A DNA stretch of 64,000 bases from Octopus vulgaris (Eukaryota), in assembly GCA_951406725.2 (NCBI GenBank), contig OX597814.1, forward strand, positions 30,690,001-30,754,000. Direction: 5' to 3'. Shown here piece by piece: positions 15,186 to 29,881 of this stretch. Position 1 is the first letter of the stretch. The number at the start of each line of letters is the position of its first letter. The notes beneath the pieces were generated by a model. The model saw only the letters and a list, made by a program, of their open reading frames with translations, was not told the DNA's origin and made no database searches. A program made the translations under genes and the position numbers.

Positions 15186-15259
15186 ATAGTGTATGTAGTT
15201 ATACACAAAAGAGGTGTCCTGTTAAAGGTCACCTCTTTTGTGTATAATACATGCACTAT
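15186..15259. repeat. Short inverted repeat / hairpin
   Basis: TTATACACAAAAGAGGTG...CACCTCTTTTGTGTATAA plus outer ATAGTGTATGTA/TACATGCACTAT arms. Confidence 0.85.
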
Positions 15260-15349
15260 TTTATATGAAAATTATTTTGTCTATTGACTTTATTACGCAT
15301 GCTGACCACTGCTAGAAAATTTCTCTAAATTTTCTACCTTTATTATATA

Positions 15350-15393
<44 letters not shown>

Positions 15394-16678
15394 CGCACAC
15401 ACACGCTTACCTAAGATGTAACAAAATGGGACTAAAGCCGGAACCATGTGATTGGAAGCATGCTTCTTATCATTATCATGCCTGTGCATTAAAATGAATA
15501 AGATATAGTTAGCCTGACTTAAGATTGAAAGTGTCACTAACAGTTGTGCTTATTGGTAGGGAAAATATAGTGTTTGATAATATCTGTTTTTATTTGTTAT
15601 CAACAAATGCAAATCAAGAAAACACATTCCCCTCATACTAGTATGTATAAAAGTTATCCCTTGACCCAAGTTAGCAGTCATTGTAGTATTTGATACGACA
15701 ACCTCATAAATATCAATTTCGAAGTTTTACGCAATCTCTGAAGATTTGACTCTGCAAATAGAGAAGATTTGTTTTATATAGCCGATATTTATTCATTGTT
15801 AATGAAGTGCGCGTAGGATAATGTAGCTAAATATTATATAACAAATTCAACTGTATTGTTTACATATATATATATATGTATGTGTGTGTGTGTGTGTGTA
15901 TAAAAATACAACAGCATCGAGCGAAAATAATAGCAAGAACAACAGCAACGAGAACAGCATCTGTAAATTGCAATATTTTACATATCTATTATTTCCCAAA
16001 TTAGTGAAAGATGTGAAAATTTTCCTCTCAGATTAACATCCTTAACGTCCGATTCCGTCTATCTCAGTACACTTTGAGTAAACATTCATTTCTCTTTACC
16101 TTCCGGGTTCAGCATATATTATCCACTGTCTTTAACTCGCTCATTAAGACAGTCTCTCCAAAAACAATACAGGTCTTGTTACAGTGTCTTCTACGTATCT
16201 TCTTAAGGTGACTTCCACAGATGAGTTGGTTCACTGGCTGTGAATTTTTGCGTTAATTAAATTCTGTGGCAACTACAGAGGATTGTATCAAAATCAATAG
16301 CTATTTCTTTATAATAACAATCTGTTTTTAAGACTCATATCAAAGTGATTTGATTAACTAATGTATCTACCTTCAAAATGTGTAAACTTTATGCCTCCTT
16401 CCGTTAGGTTGGATTTGCATGGTTATTAAAAGTCACCGATTAAATTTGTTATGTAACTTTCCATTTGGTTTAGGCTATTCAATTAGAGTATACGATATGT
16501 TTCATTTTGTTAAAACACTCCTCTGTCTTCCGTCCATCCTTAAGTTTATTTTTTAGGTGGGTCAGGCGATTTAAGTTCCGAATATTTCTTCTTTCTTTTG
16601 GGTAATCTAACTACGAATGTTTAAACAACAACACCAACAATATATTTATATACGCATACCATATATGTACATATATTG

Positions 16679-16710
<32 letters not shown>

Positions 16711-17005
16711 TGTATGTATGTATGTATGTATGTATGTATGTATGCATGTATGTATGCATGCATGTATGTATGTATGTATGCATGCATGTATGTATGTATG
16801 TATGTATGCATGCATGTATGTATGTATGCATGTATGTATGTATGTATGTATGTATGTATGCATGTATGTATGTATATATCTATCTATCTATATATATATG
16901 ATTGTACATATATGTACATATATGTATGTACATGTATATATATATTTATGTATTTATGTATGCATGCATGTATGTATGCGTGTGCATGTATATATATATA
17001 TACAG

Positions 17006-17052
<47 letters not shown>

Positions 17053-17063
17053 AAGAGAGAGAC

Positions 17064-17108
<45 letters not shown>

Positions 17109-18614
17109 AAGAGAGAGAGATAACGAAAGAGAGAGAGACTCAGAATGGTGAAAAGAGAAACTAAATATTGCAACGTATTTAATTTGGCGTTCTACAGCTT
17201 CCACAAACATGCCATCATTTAAATGTCATGTTGATTTAACCAGAGTATAAATTTTTGTGGTTGTCGTACTGAAAGAGAACGGATAATACAGTTCATGACA
17301 TACTGTGTAAAATATAGGAATCCCGGCTGGAGCATCTTTGTCCAAAGGCATGATTCATCAGAGCTTACTTGAAGTAAACAACAGCAACCCCAGCAAAAAC
17401 AGCAGCAGCAGCAGGAACAGCATCAGTAACAACAGCAATAGCAGTAGTAACAACAAAGCCAATAACAACAACAGCAACAACAACAACAACAACAACAACA
17501 ACATATTTCTAGAATTGTGATGGTTCATTATGATGAGTAAATTTCTGAAAATAGGGAGAGTATTTGTTAAATCTTTTTTTGTAGGTTGTCCTATCTGCTA
17601 AAAATAGCCGCCAAAATGGTTCAAACAGCACGTTGCCAAATTAAGAAAAGAATATACGAAACAATGTAGTTCTTGAACAATGTAGTTCACAAAACAGATA
17701 CGGGATGATCGCAGCTGCTACTCCCATGATCATTTATTTGCTCAATGGGGGAGGGACTGATTTCTGCCTGAAAAACAACAATAAAAACAACTGCAACTTT
17801 TACAAACTTAATAGTTAAACATTTCCTCATTCAACAGTTCGTATTTCAAAGCAGAATAGTTCAAAACATTTGTGTTTTAGAAGCAAAATATTAATCTTAT
17901 TTTCTTAATTTAAAGTGTTTCTGTTTTCCATATAATATCAGTTTTAGCTTAAAGGTGTTTTCTATAGAATTATTTATTATCCAAAACTCGCTATGATATG
18001 TTATTTAGTGCTTAGCTAGCTATAGTTTAGCTTAATCCATTTGTCAAGAATTTAGCAAAAGAAATCGTACGATATGCAGATATACATTTTCATATATGAT
18101 GATATTTTGGACAGACAGAACCAGAATTATTCTTCACACACGCACAGACACAAACTCCTACATACTCATAAATATACATATATGTATATCAATAATATTA
18201 ATACGCTAACTTTTTGTTTTTGTACGTACCTGTTGTGTGCGTCACACTTCAAAGAAGTGGCAAAGTGAGAGAGAGGGGGACAGAGAGAAAGTAAGAGAGT
18301 GAGAGAGAGAGAGCTAGGAGGGCGGAGAGGAAGTAAGAGAGAGAGAAAGGGAGTGAGAGAGAAAGTGAGAGAGTGAGAGAGAGAAAGAGAGAGAGTGAAA
18401 GAGACAGTGAGTGGTGACGGCGTTCGTTTTGTGTGTTTAAATGTTTCAGAGAGGACGTAAGTGAGAAAGAAAGAGAGTGAAAGAGAGAGAAATAAACTGA
18501 GAGAGAAGGCGAGAGAGTGAAAAAGACATTGAGTGGTGACGGTGTTCGTTTTGTGTTTTTAAATGTTTATCACATCGAAAGTAGATACATAGATACATAT
18601 ACACATTGTTAAAT

Positions 18615-18962
18615 CATATACATATATGGGTACAGGACGTCATAAAACGTAAACAACATGAAATACGAAATATGAAAAACATAAAATACGAACTTTTTTT
18701 GCGAACAACGAACGAAACAAATCAAAAACAAGAGAAATAACATAAAGAACGGCTCTTCATCAGTTGTCGACTGTTTCATCTACTCCTTCTCGAAATGTGG
18801 AGTAGATAAAACAGCCGACAACTGATGAAGGGTCGTTCTTTATGTTATTTCTCTTGTTTTTGATTTGTTTCTTTCGTTGTTCGCAAAAAAATTTCGCATT
18901 CCATATTTTCGTATTTCATGTTGTTTACATTTTATGACGTCCTGTACCCATATATGCATATG
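18615..18962. mobile_element. Fold-back palindrome with ~170-bp arms and CTGATGA in each arm (Penelope-type inverted repeat?)
   Basis: Arms are reverse complements around a 12-nt loop at 18787-18798; both ends are TA-rich. Confidence 0.7.
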
Positions 18963-19160
18963 TATATACTAATATATGTAAGTATGTACATATATGTAAG
19001 TATATATGCATATACATATGTATGTATATATATATATATATATTATTATATGATTGAATGCCCCGCATCCATTTCCGAGTAAGTTTATCTTATGTATGTA
19101 TGTATGTATGTATGTATGTATGTATGTATGTATGTATGTATATATGTATGTATGTATGTA

Positions 19161-19201
<41 letters not shown>

Positions 19202-19213
19202 TTATACATGCAT

Positions 19214-19268
<55 letters not shown>

Positions 19269-19274
19269 CATACA

Positions 19275-19405
19275 GCGGGCTTCTTTCAGCTTCCGTCTAC
19301 CAAATCCACTAATAAGGCTTTAGTCGGCCCGAGGCTATAGTAGAAGACACTTGCCCAAGGTGCCGCGCAGTGGGACTGAACCCCGAATTATTTAGTTGTG
19401 AACCA
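19275..19405 (-). mobile_element. SINE family B, partial
   Basis: GAAGACACTTGCCCAAGGTGCCGCGCAGTGGGACTGAACC matches other family B copies. Confidence 0.8.
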
Positions 19406-20409
19406 ATCCATAGAAGTATACAGACAGGTATATATATATATGTACACATACACTCAAATGTATACCGATAATGATATACATATGTAGATATACGCACATG
19501 TATATAAAGGCACGCACACACAAAAATATATAATTTAAAACCGCTCATAAAGGTCCTTTGTATTTTCAAATACTTCATTATTTTCTGTATTGGAATTTTA
19601 GATCTAATATTAGATATCATTTCACACAAAGCCAACTATTTTCATGCATAAAATGCCCTTAAGGTGGTGCTCCAGCATGGCTGCAGTCAGATGACTAAAA
19701 CAAGTAAAATGTGTGTGTGTGTGTCTGTGTGTGTGATAGGATATGATATCCACTTCCAGATCTACGCACTGGCATGATGAGCATATAGATGTACAAATAC
19801 AAAAGCGTTCCATATCCTCGCATATATAGCTTCACAATACACAATCATTCATACGTATACAAAAATACATAAGGAAAGGGAAAATATCTCAGGAGAATGT
19901 TCATCACACTAAATACAGATATGGTAGGTTTCCCCATATGCACTACAGTGAAATGAAAAGCTTCGATGAACGGATATTATAGAAGCAATTATGAAACAAA
20001 TACACATTCTAGGGTTGTACAACTCCAATGAGATTAGTTGTTCGAAAATTTAGATAGTCTAGTAGACAATAAAGGCAATATATTTTGAAGTGAGCCTTTA
20101 AAACCGAATTGTGAAAGTGATTGGCGAGTTTCGGTTTTATCGGCCTTGTTAGACCATTTCAATGAATATATTTAGCTCTTTAGTTCACTGGTAAGACTTA
20201 AAATTTGTATGTATGTTACGTCATGTGTAAACAGGCATAAGTTTATTTTTGAAGCGTTAATATGTATTGTAGAACAAGTAGTAAGATATATCATTTTTTT
20301 TCAGCCTGGCTGGTTGCCGGCAAATTTTTCTGCTCTTAAAAATGATTTTATCTTTTATATATACTGTTCTCCAACTCCAACAGAACAGAACAGAACAGAA
20401 CAGTATATA

Positions 20410-20786
20410 CACTTGCGTCAGAAATTAATTAGCACTTCTCAAATTTCTACATTAAATAGGTTAAATCAATTAACCTATGAGCTGTTCAAAACGTCTTACG
20501 CGATGAGAAAACTTAGTATGGTGTGATTTCGGTCCTTGCGAGGCGCTACCTATATCTTTTAAACAAAGGAAGATTTGTCTGCATCCGCACTCCAAGTTGT
20601 TGCACTGCTATGTCAACATCATAAGGCTGTAGACTCTCAAACTGCTCTGCAAACAAAGTTACGTCATCGTTCTGCGCAACAGTAAACTCGCAACAAAGCA
20701 ATAGTTCGAGATATGGCCACTAGGTGACAGCACATACCTTGAGTGAAGAGCAAATCAAGGGTGCTAATTAATTTCTGACGGTAGTG
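20410..20786 (+). mobile_element. Tc1/mariner-type MITE (377 bp), copy 1
   Basis: TIR CACT..CGTCAGAAATTAATTAGCAC at both ends, TA flanks, and a near-identical inverted copy at 35239-35615. Confidence 0.9.
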
Positions 20787-20825
20787 TATAAAAGATAAAA
20801 TCATTTTTAAGAGCAGAAAAATTTC

Positions 20826-21328
20826 TAGGGATGTGCTCAAGGGAAGGTTGGACAGGACCACCCGCGCCAACCTCATTAACAGTGCAGTTCTGCCTGCAAT
20901 GTTATATGGTAGTGAAACATGGGCTACCACAAAGAGAGAAGAGCAAAGAATGGTAACGGCTCAAAGAGCCATGGAAAGGTCAATGCTTGGTATCTCGTTG
21001 AGAGAGCACATAAATAGCAACATCATCAGAAAGAAGTCCGGCGTGAGAGATGTCATCGCAGAGTATACTCGCAGCGAGTATAGATGGGCTGGACACGTCG
21101 CCCGGCTCACCGATAATCGGTGGACGCACGCAGTTGTCGAGTGGTACCCGCGTGAGCAGAAAAGACCACCCGGAAGACCTCCACGACGGTGGAGTGACGA
21201 TTTCAAGAGGACGATTGGGATCACGTGGATGAGAAAGACGCGATCCAGAGAGGAGTGGACAGCGTGCTGTGACCAGCGGTGTCAAATGGACGCCTGACGG
21301 ACTGGTCGGTCAAAGTGATCAAAGTGAT
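20826..21328 (+). mobile_element. 5'-truncated RTE-clade LINE (ORF C-terminus plus tandem-repeat tail)
   Basis: ORF 20833-21297 has VLPAMLYGSETW...AQRAMERSMLGIS...RWAGHVAR...W..KRPPGRPPRRW, typical of RTE. It ends in (TCAAAGTGA)x2. Confidence 0.9.
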
Positions 21329-21673
21329 ATATACTGTTCAGTATTTACATGTTGGAAAAATATATCTTTGTACTTGTTCTTGTTTGTATGTATATTCAGA
21401 CACACACACACTCATGTCTTTGTAGCGTTTGTGTTCGATATCGGTGTTACGTTTGATGGAGATAATACCTGCTTCGTATATCATGGCTTCCTTTTTGCCG
21501 GATTTCTTTCCCAACATGCTTTTGTGTTTCAGCATGAACATTCGACTCTATGTTGGTCGGTGAGGTGGAGTGGTGAGAGAGAGTATGATATTATTCTTAT
21601 TAATGACATAACTATGGCATTATTTAATTTTATTAAGGTGAGAAAAATTTTGCGATGCTAAATTTCACATTGT

Positions 21674-21776
21674 GGAGGCGTGTGGCTTAGTAGTTAGGGT
21701 GTCAGCATCATGATCGTAAGATTGTGGTTTCGATTCCTGGACCGGGCGATGCGTTGTGTTCTTGAGCAAAACACTT
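21674..21776 (+). mobile_element. tRNA-derived SINE family D, 5' part
   Basis: A-box TGGCTTAGTAGTTAG and B-box GGTTTCGATTCC; same family as 21956. Confidence 0.8.
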
Positions 21777-21955
21777 AGTATGTTGTGAATTCTGTGAAAG
21801 GCATAAGTGGTTAAAAATATATTTATACATCTATGTTATGGTTAAGATCATTTTCCTTTGTGAGTAGACTGCTTGTGTATAGGTGTGTCAGTGTGTATGC
21901 ATGTAGAAACATTCGGTTCCAGTCAGTTATTTTTAGTATGGTACGATTCAAATTG

Positions 21956-22210
21956 TGGAGGCGCGTAGCTTAGTGGTTAGGGTGTCAGCATCATGATCAT
22001 AAGATTGTAGTTTCGATTCCTGGACCGGGCGACAAGTTGTGTTCTTGAGCAAAACACTTCATATCACGTTGCTCCAGTCCACTCAGCTGGCAAAAATGAG
22101 TAACGCTGCGATGGACTGGCGTCCCGTCCAGCTGAGGAACACATACGCCATAGAAACCGGGAAACCGGGCCCATGAGCCTGGCTAGGCTTTAAAAGGGCG
22201 CATTTATTTA
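21956..22210 (+). mobile_element. tRNA-derived SINE family D, near full length
   Basis: tRNA-like head, body, and ATTTATTATTT tail. Confidence 0.85.
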
Positions 22211-23157
22211 TTTATATTTCACATAACGTGTAAAGGAATTTGAGCGCAACGATGAATATTAGACAAAACTCAAACATTTTCGCTATTTTCAATTGTTTGT
22301 TAAAACACACACGTGCACGTATCCGTTGATACGTGTATATACATACACAGATGCACCCTCATACACACATGTGTTTGTGTGTGCATGTTTATATGTAATG
22401 CGTCGAGCATTTTATGATGGTATAGAGGAAAGTTCTGAGATTTCGACCCAAGTCGAAACCCGTTTTCGAGAGGAAAGATCTTCTTTACTTGTTCCATTGA
22501 AAGCGTGGAAGTAGTAAAGAACGAGTGTAAAAACTAGGTAATTATTTTCTGTAGACGCATGAAAGAGAAATAGTGGGAGAGAGAAAGACAATTTAGAGAT
22601 TGTGCGGTTAGAAATCGAGAAGAAAGGAAGACTTATTGGCGAATATAATGTTAAAAGAGAAGGTGGTTGGTCAGTTGAATGTTAATGATTTTTAAACAGC
22701 TTGTCAATAACATCATGTGCATTCAAATCTCTATCATTTATACAAAGAGTAGAACGTTACCCGCTTCATCGCATATTTCCTCTTGCCAACACACACATGC
22801 GCGCGAAGAGATAGAGAGAGAGAGAGAGAGAAAGAGAAAAAGGAGAAAGATTAAAAGAAGTAGGGAAAGAGTGAGGGAGAGAAAGAGAAAGAAGAGAAAG
22901 AGTGAACGAGACAGGGAAGAGAGAGAGAGGAAGAAAGAAAGAAAGAGAGAGGGAAAGAGTATACGAGATAGGGAAAGAGAGAGGGAGAAAAAGAGAAAGA
23001 AGAGAAAGAGTGAACGAGAGAGAGATGTAGAAAGAATGAAAGAAAGAGAGAGAGAGGAAGAGGTAGAAAGAATGAAAGAAAGAGAGATAGAGGAAGAGGT
23101 AGAAAGAATGAAAGAAAGAGAGAGAGAGAGAGAAAGAGGCAGTTATGCATACAAATA

Positions 23158-23298
23158 TTAGGTTGTCCCAAAAGTTCGTAAACACTTGCGAAAATTGAAT
23201 TTTTACTCGCCAAGTACTAACAAAAACAACAAAAATTATTCCTCAAAATAAAGACCATTATTTTCCAAGACTTTCTACGAACTTTTGGGACAACCTTA
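23158..23298. mobile_element. mariner-type MITE (~141 bp)
   Basis: TIRs TTAGGTTGTCCCAAAAGTTCGTA / TACGAACTTTTGGGACAACCTTA with TA on both sides. Confidence 0.85.
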
Positions 23299-23496
23299 TA
23301 TTTGGAAGGAAGCTGCTGGCCCGTGTGTTATTACAACCCACATGCACGTGTATACTTACTTGCATAGGATTACAAGATATTGTGCTGGATAACATTGTGT
23401 ATGTATGAATGCATGTATGTAAGAATGATGGAATCAAGGCTGCAAGAGGCGTCCGTTGTTACCACAGCAGTGCCAAAGAGTATACTCTCTTTCACT

Positions 23497-23894
23497 CTTT
23501 TACTTGTTTCAGTCATTTGACTGCGGCCATGCTGGAGGACCGCCTTTAATCGAGCAACTCGACCCGGGACTTATTCTTTTGTAAGCCCAGTACTTATTCT
23601 ATCGGTCTCTTTTGCCGAACCGCTAAGTGACGGGGACATAAACACACCAGCATCGGTTGTCAAGCAATACTAGGGGGACAAACACAGGCACACAAACACA
23701 CACGCACATATATATATATATACATATATACGACGGGCTTCTTTCAGTTTCCGTCTACCAAATCCACTCGCAAGGCTTTGGTCGGCCCGAGGCTATAATA
23801 GAAGACACTTGCCCAAGGTGACACGCAGTGGGACTGAACCCGGAACCATGTGGTTGGTAATCAAGCTACTTACCACACAGCCACTCCCGCGCCT
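23497..23894 (-). mobile_element. SINE family B, full length
   Basis: Complete tRNA-like head, internal TA/CA run and 3' tail. Confidence 0.9.
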
Positions 23895-23995
23895 ATAGGT
23901 TCATATCGGGAATGAAGAGTCACAACCGTGCTGCTCATGTGAAAGAGAACAATAATGACATTGCTTGAAATCGAGTTGCAGCTATTATGTATGTA

Positions 23996-24035
<40 letters not shown>

Positions 24036-24128
24036 AACACACACACCATGCACGCACACACCATGCACGCACACACACATGTAATTACAAATACAAATAC
24101 ACATTCAAACACATAAATGCATACATTG

Positions 24129-24169
<41 letters not shown>

Positions 24170-24190
24170 CACCCACTCACACTCACATCC

Positions 24191-24274
<84 letters not shown>

Positions 24275-24283
24275 GTCTGTCTA

Positions 24284-25554
24284 CCCGTTAAAAGGAGGGC
24301 TGGGCATGCCGTGGTTGATGATGCGCAGACACGCGCTGAGACTGCGACATCTCTGGCTCTATGTAGACGACGGTGAACAGGTGTGGTCGCCGTTTGTGAG
24401 GCACGCTTTCCCGCAGCTCGTCTCTATGACCGAACTGCAGTCGTGGATCAAAAAGAGGCCGAGGAAGGGCGAATGGCACCGCGAGTGTCGCGTTGCTCTC
24501 AAGCAACTCTGCCGTCCTGGGTCGACCTTGAGTGACTTCAACACAACCAAAGCATTCTATAGGGGTTTAGTGGAGGGGAGGTACGACGACGAGCTCGGGG
24601 CGAACCTGGACGTCGACGAGGAGTACCTGACCCGCCTGTTCAGGACGACTTTCGGGCCAGGGCCCATGGACAACTTCCAGAGATCCCTGGCCTGGCAGTG
24701 CTACCGAGAAGCGCTACCCGTTCGGGATAAGCTCTACAGACACGGCTCGAGAAACACGGGGCCGACCTGCCCGAGATGCGGTCAGAGCGACGAAACCGTT
24801 CTGCACGCACTCGTGCAGTGTCCAACAATTTCCGACCTGTGGGCTTATGTCGAACAACTGCTGTCACGTATGGGACGAGTCGGTTTATCAGCTGAGTCTA
24901 TCGTCAATATTGTCACGCCTCCTTCCTTCAAACGGAAGAGCTATTTTCATCATCCTTGTGGCTATGGCGAAGGAATGTATCTGGTGGACGCGTCTGAAAG
25001 GATTGGAGACAAACACTTTCCTCTCTGGTCAATCTCTCATCAACTTCTTCAAGTACCACTTGAAAAGGAAAGTGAGAGTAGTGAGGCAAGTTTTGTCTAG
25101 CGAATGTTTTAAAAAAAGATGGGTGAATGTAGCAAGAATGGCACGTATGAATGACGAAGCCACCTTGAGCATGATCCTATGAACCCAGAAATTGAAAACA
25201 GAGAGTTGCTTATTCGCAAAAAAAAAAAAAAAAAAGAAATATAAAATTTGACTTCATTGACCGAGGTTACCGTGGTCTTTTCCGTAGGCTTTTCTTTCCA
25301 CGGGTAAACCTCACCTGTCCTCCCCTTTACACTTCATATTGACATTTCTGTGATAACGATCCCTATTGATCAATTTTTTTTTCCTCTCCCCCTTTCTTTT
25401 AACCCCCCTTTTTTTGTCCTCTTTCTCTCCTTTTACGATCCCTTTTGATCGAAACTCCCCCTTCCCTTTCTTTTTTTTTTTAAACCTTCAAAAGAAAAGC
25501 TCTACCTTGTAATTTGTTCTATCTGTGTGCAGCCCTGTGTGGCTAATAAAGAAA
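24284..25554 (+). mobile_element. 5'-truncated Tx1/L1-clade LINE (ORF2 C-terminus with CCHC zinc knuckle, plus 3' UTR) inserted in (TATC)n
   Basis: PLKGGLGMP...LAWQCYREALPVRDKL...CPRCGQSDETVLHALVQCP...LW. Frameshift near 24935, stop at 25182, AATAAA at the end, TATC repeats on both flanks. Confidence 0.9.
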
Positions 25555-25576
25555 CATATCTATCTATCTATCTATA

Positions 25577-25632
<56 letters not shown>

Positions 25633-25641
25633 CATCCATCC

Positions 25642-25708
<67 letters not shown>

Positions 25709-25748
25709 CCCTCCTCCATAATATATATATATATATATATATACATAC

Positions 25749-25781
<33 letters not shown>

Positions 25782-25984
25782 TGTATGTATGTATGTATGT
25801 ATGTATGTATGTATGTATGTATGTACGTATGTATGTTTATATTTGCTTCCCATCCACATGAATTCGGCATGACACGTTGAGCAAGTGTCTTCTACTATAA
25901 CCTCGGGCCGACCAAAGTCTTCTGAGTGGATTTGGTAGACGGAAACTGAAAGAAGGCCATCGTATATGATATATATATAAATAT

Positions 25985-26610
<626 letters not shown>

Positions 26611-27801
26611 ACATAAATATGTATGTGTGTGTGCGTGTGTGTGTATATATATATTTGTCCCCCGCCTTGGCTTGACGACCGTTGCTGGTTTGTTTATATC
26701 CCCACAGCCGAGCAGTGCAGCAAAAGAGACGGATGAAATAAGTACTAGGCTTACAAAGAACGAGATTTGGGGTCGATTTCTTCGACTAAAAATGCCATTA
26801 AGGTAGTTTCGGTAAATTATTTGGTATGATTTGCATAACTAGAGCTTTATTAAAATTAGTTTATAGTGCTTTATTATAACTAGTGCTGGTCGTTTATTAA
26901 TTTAATGAAGTATTATTGCGGCTAAACAGCGTAGTTGGATAATGTCAAATATGTATTTACGCAAATTGAACCAAGTAATTTAATAAGACCATTTTATTAG
27001 CTAGCAATAATTATTAATCAGTATAATACTTTATGAGAAGGAGCGAGCGCGCTATTTAAGCTAAGAAACCCAACTCATTCTGAAATTTCTGTCTATAGAA
27101 GTAATAAATATCATTTACATTTGTCTAAATTCTAGCATCGTGGTCTAAAAAAGAAACTAGATTTTTTAATAAATCCTAAACCCTCATTCTGTTTCTCACC
27201 CATCATTTCCCTTCAAGGCACTTTCAAATATTCTTAATTATTCCCACACTTCATGAATTAAGAGTAAAGTAAACCTTTTCTCTTTTCATTGAAGAATATC
27301 TTGGTTAGAGACGTTGGGAATTCTGCTTCTAGTGAACCCCTAAAGCTTTCTAATTAATAGCGAGAGTGGTATTTCAGTTGGGGAACCTAACCAGGTTTAA
27401 AACCAGCCAAGTGAATCCTGTTTCTGTATGCAGAAGTAATAGCTACAACAGGCATTTGTTTATATTTGTCTAAAGTCTAGCAGCGCGGGCCAAAAAAAAA
27501 AAAAAGGCTTAGTTTGATACTCATTTGCATTTATTCATACACGGTGTTCGGTGCAATATCATTTAATCAGTTTACAGATCACTGACGTTGATCAACAGCT
27601 CCCTCACTTCCTTACACTGATCAATATTCCCTCGATCTTCTCCCTAGTCTCTCATTCTATTACTCTCACTTCTATTTCATGCGCTAGTAGAAGCTTTCCA
27701 TTACTATTTCCAAGTATTTTATTCTCAAACTTTCATGAAATAAAAGCGAATAAAAACAAAACAAAACAAAACACTTATCTCTTTCTTCTGAAAAAGATCT
27801 T

Positions 27802-28636
27802 ATTTCTTTACTGCCCACTAGGGGCTGCACACAGAGGGGACAAACAAGGACATACAAACGGATTGAGTCGATTATATCGACTCCAGTGCGTAACTGGTAC
27901 TTATTTAATCGAACCCGAATGAAGGAAAGGCAAAGTCGACCTCGGCGGAATTTGAACTCAGAACGTAACGGCAGACGAAATACCACTAAGCATTTTGCCC
28001 GGCGTGCTAACGTTTCTGCTAGCTCGCCGCCTTAAAATACCTATTTCTTTACTACCCACAAGGGACTAAACACAGAGGAGACAAACAAGGAGAGATAGAC
28101 GGATTTAGTCGATTATATCGACCCCAGTGCGTAACTGATACTTAATTTATCGACCCTGAAAGGATAAAAGGCAAAGTCGTCCTCGGCGAAATTTAAACTC
28201 GGAACGTGGCAGACGAAATAGCTATTTCCTTACTACCCACATGGGGCTAAACATAGAGGGGACAAACAAGGACAGACTAAGGGATTAAGTCGATTAGATC
28301 GACCCAGTACACTACTGGTACTTAATTTATCGACCCCGAAAGGATGAAAAGCAAAGTCGACCTCGGCGGAATTTGAACCCAGAACGTAAATTCAGACGAA
28401 ATACCTATTTCTTTTACTACTCACAAGGAGCTAAACACAGAGAGAACAAACAAGGACAGACAAACGGATTAAGTCGATTATATCGACCCCAGTGCGCAAC
28501 TGGTATTTATTTAATCGACCCAGAAAGGATGAAAGGCAAAGTCGACCTCGGCGGAATTTGAACTCAGAACGTAGCGGCAGACGAAATACCGCTAAGCATA
28601 TCGCACGACGTGCTAACGATTCTGCCACCTCGCCGC
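27802..28636 (-). mobile_element. SINE family A tandem array (4 units) bounded by a direct repeat
   Basis: Four head-to-tail units; CTTCTGAAAAA(A)GATCTT on both sides (27785 and 28637). Confidence 0.9.
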
Positions 28637-28707
28637 CTTCTGAAAAAAGATCTTGATCGGAAACGTAGGAAAGTCTATCTTTACTGAACCCAAAAATTTA
28701 CAAGTAG

Positions 28708-28915
28708 AAGCAGTGAACTGTCAATGTTCTGGTGCGTCCAACAAAATGCTTAGCGTATTTCTTCTGGCTCTTTACGTTCTGAGTTCAAATCCCACCGAGG
28801 TCAACTGTGCCTTTCATTCAGTCGATTAACTAACGTACCAGTCATCTACTGGGGTCGATGTAATCGTCATGTCCCTTCTCTCAAAACTTGGTAGCCTTTT
28901 GCCCAAATTAGAAAA
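28708..28915 (+). mobile_element. Old diverged SINE family A copy
   Basis: TACGTTCTGAGTTCAAATCCCACCGAGGTCAAC...CTGGGGTCGATGTAATCG. Confidence 0.75.
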
Positions 28916-28998
28916 TTTACAAATAAAAGCAAATTTTGCCGACTATTAGTTGCAGTAACTGGTAGTTACAAGATTTGTTTTTCGATATATACATACAC

Positions 28999-29056
<58 letters not shown>

Positions 29057-29881
29057 GCTGACACATACATACAGGTGTGGGTTTATGCGTGATTGTATGT
29101 GTAAGTATTTGTTTATGCGCGCGTGAGAGTGTTTGAGGTGTGTAATAAGGAAGGGGATTTTTAGAGCGGTAGCTAGCAAGCTGAAGTAGCGAGAATTTTA
29201 CAAGGACTTTTGCGATGTAAGTACCAGAATTCCAACTGGAAATCATTAATAGATTGCAAACAATGACCGGCAGCCCACCTGCTTCCATTTACTCGCATGC
29301 ATACACATGCACATACACGCATGCACACACACACATACATACACACATGCACACGCAACCACAAACATGCACACTTACATTCACACATTCACACTGACAT
29401 CCACACATGCAAGCAAAAACACATACATAGCTATACACGCTCATACACATGATAAACACATACAGACAAGTATATTTACACTAACACACGTGCGCGTGTG
29501 TGTATGTGTGTCTGAATTTATACATATCAAACAAACTTTATAGACGTTCGTTGTATGCCTACAAATGTATATTACATCCCCTTTCCGTTATATTTCTTAA
29601 TATCTATATTGTGTAGCCATCTTTTGCCTAAGGACATTCTACTGCGGTATCTTAATGATATACCATTTATAACTATGTTGAACGTTTATCTGTAGCTACA
29701 GGTTATCGAATTACAAGAGATATATTAATAATAAATATTTAAGAGCTATGTTATACGTCACTCTAACAATAGCTATTGGACATCAAGCTACACCAGCTTG
29801 TGTAATGATACATTATTAATACGTTGTGGAAAGGCGAAAGGAAGCAAGAAAGACAATGGAATGCTGGATTAAATACTTTGC

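Noticed and set aside
22433-22480. TTTCGAC/GTCGAAA hairpin as a ribozyme or terminator
   Set aside because: The core is incomplete (CTGAGA), and intrinsic terminators are not relevant in this eukaryotic context.
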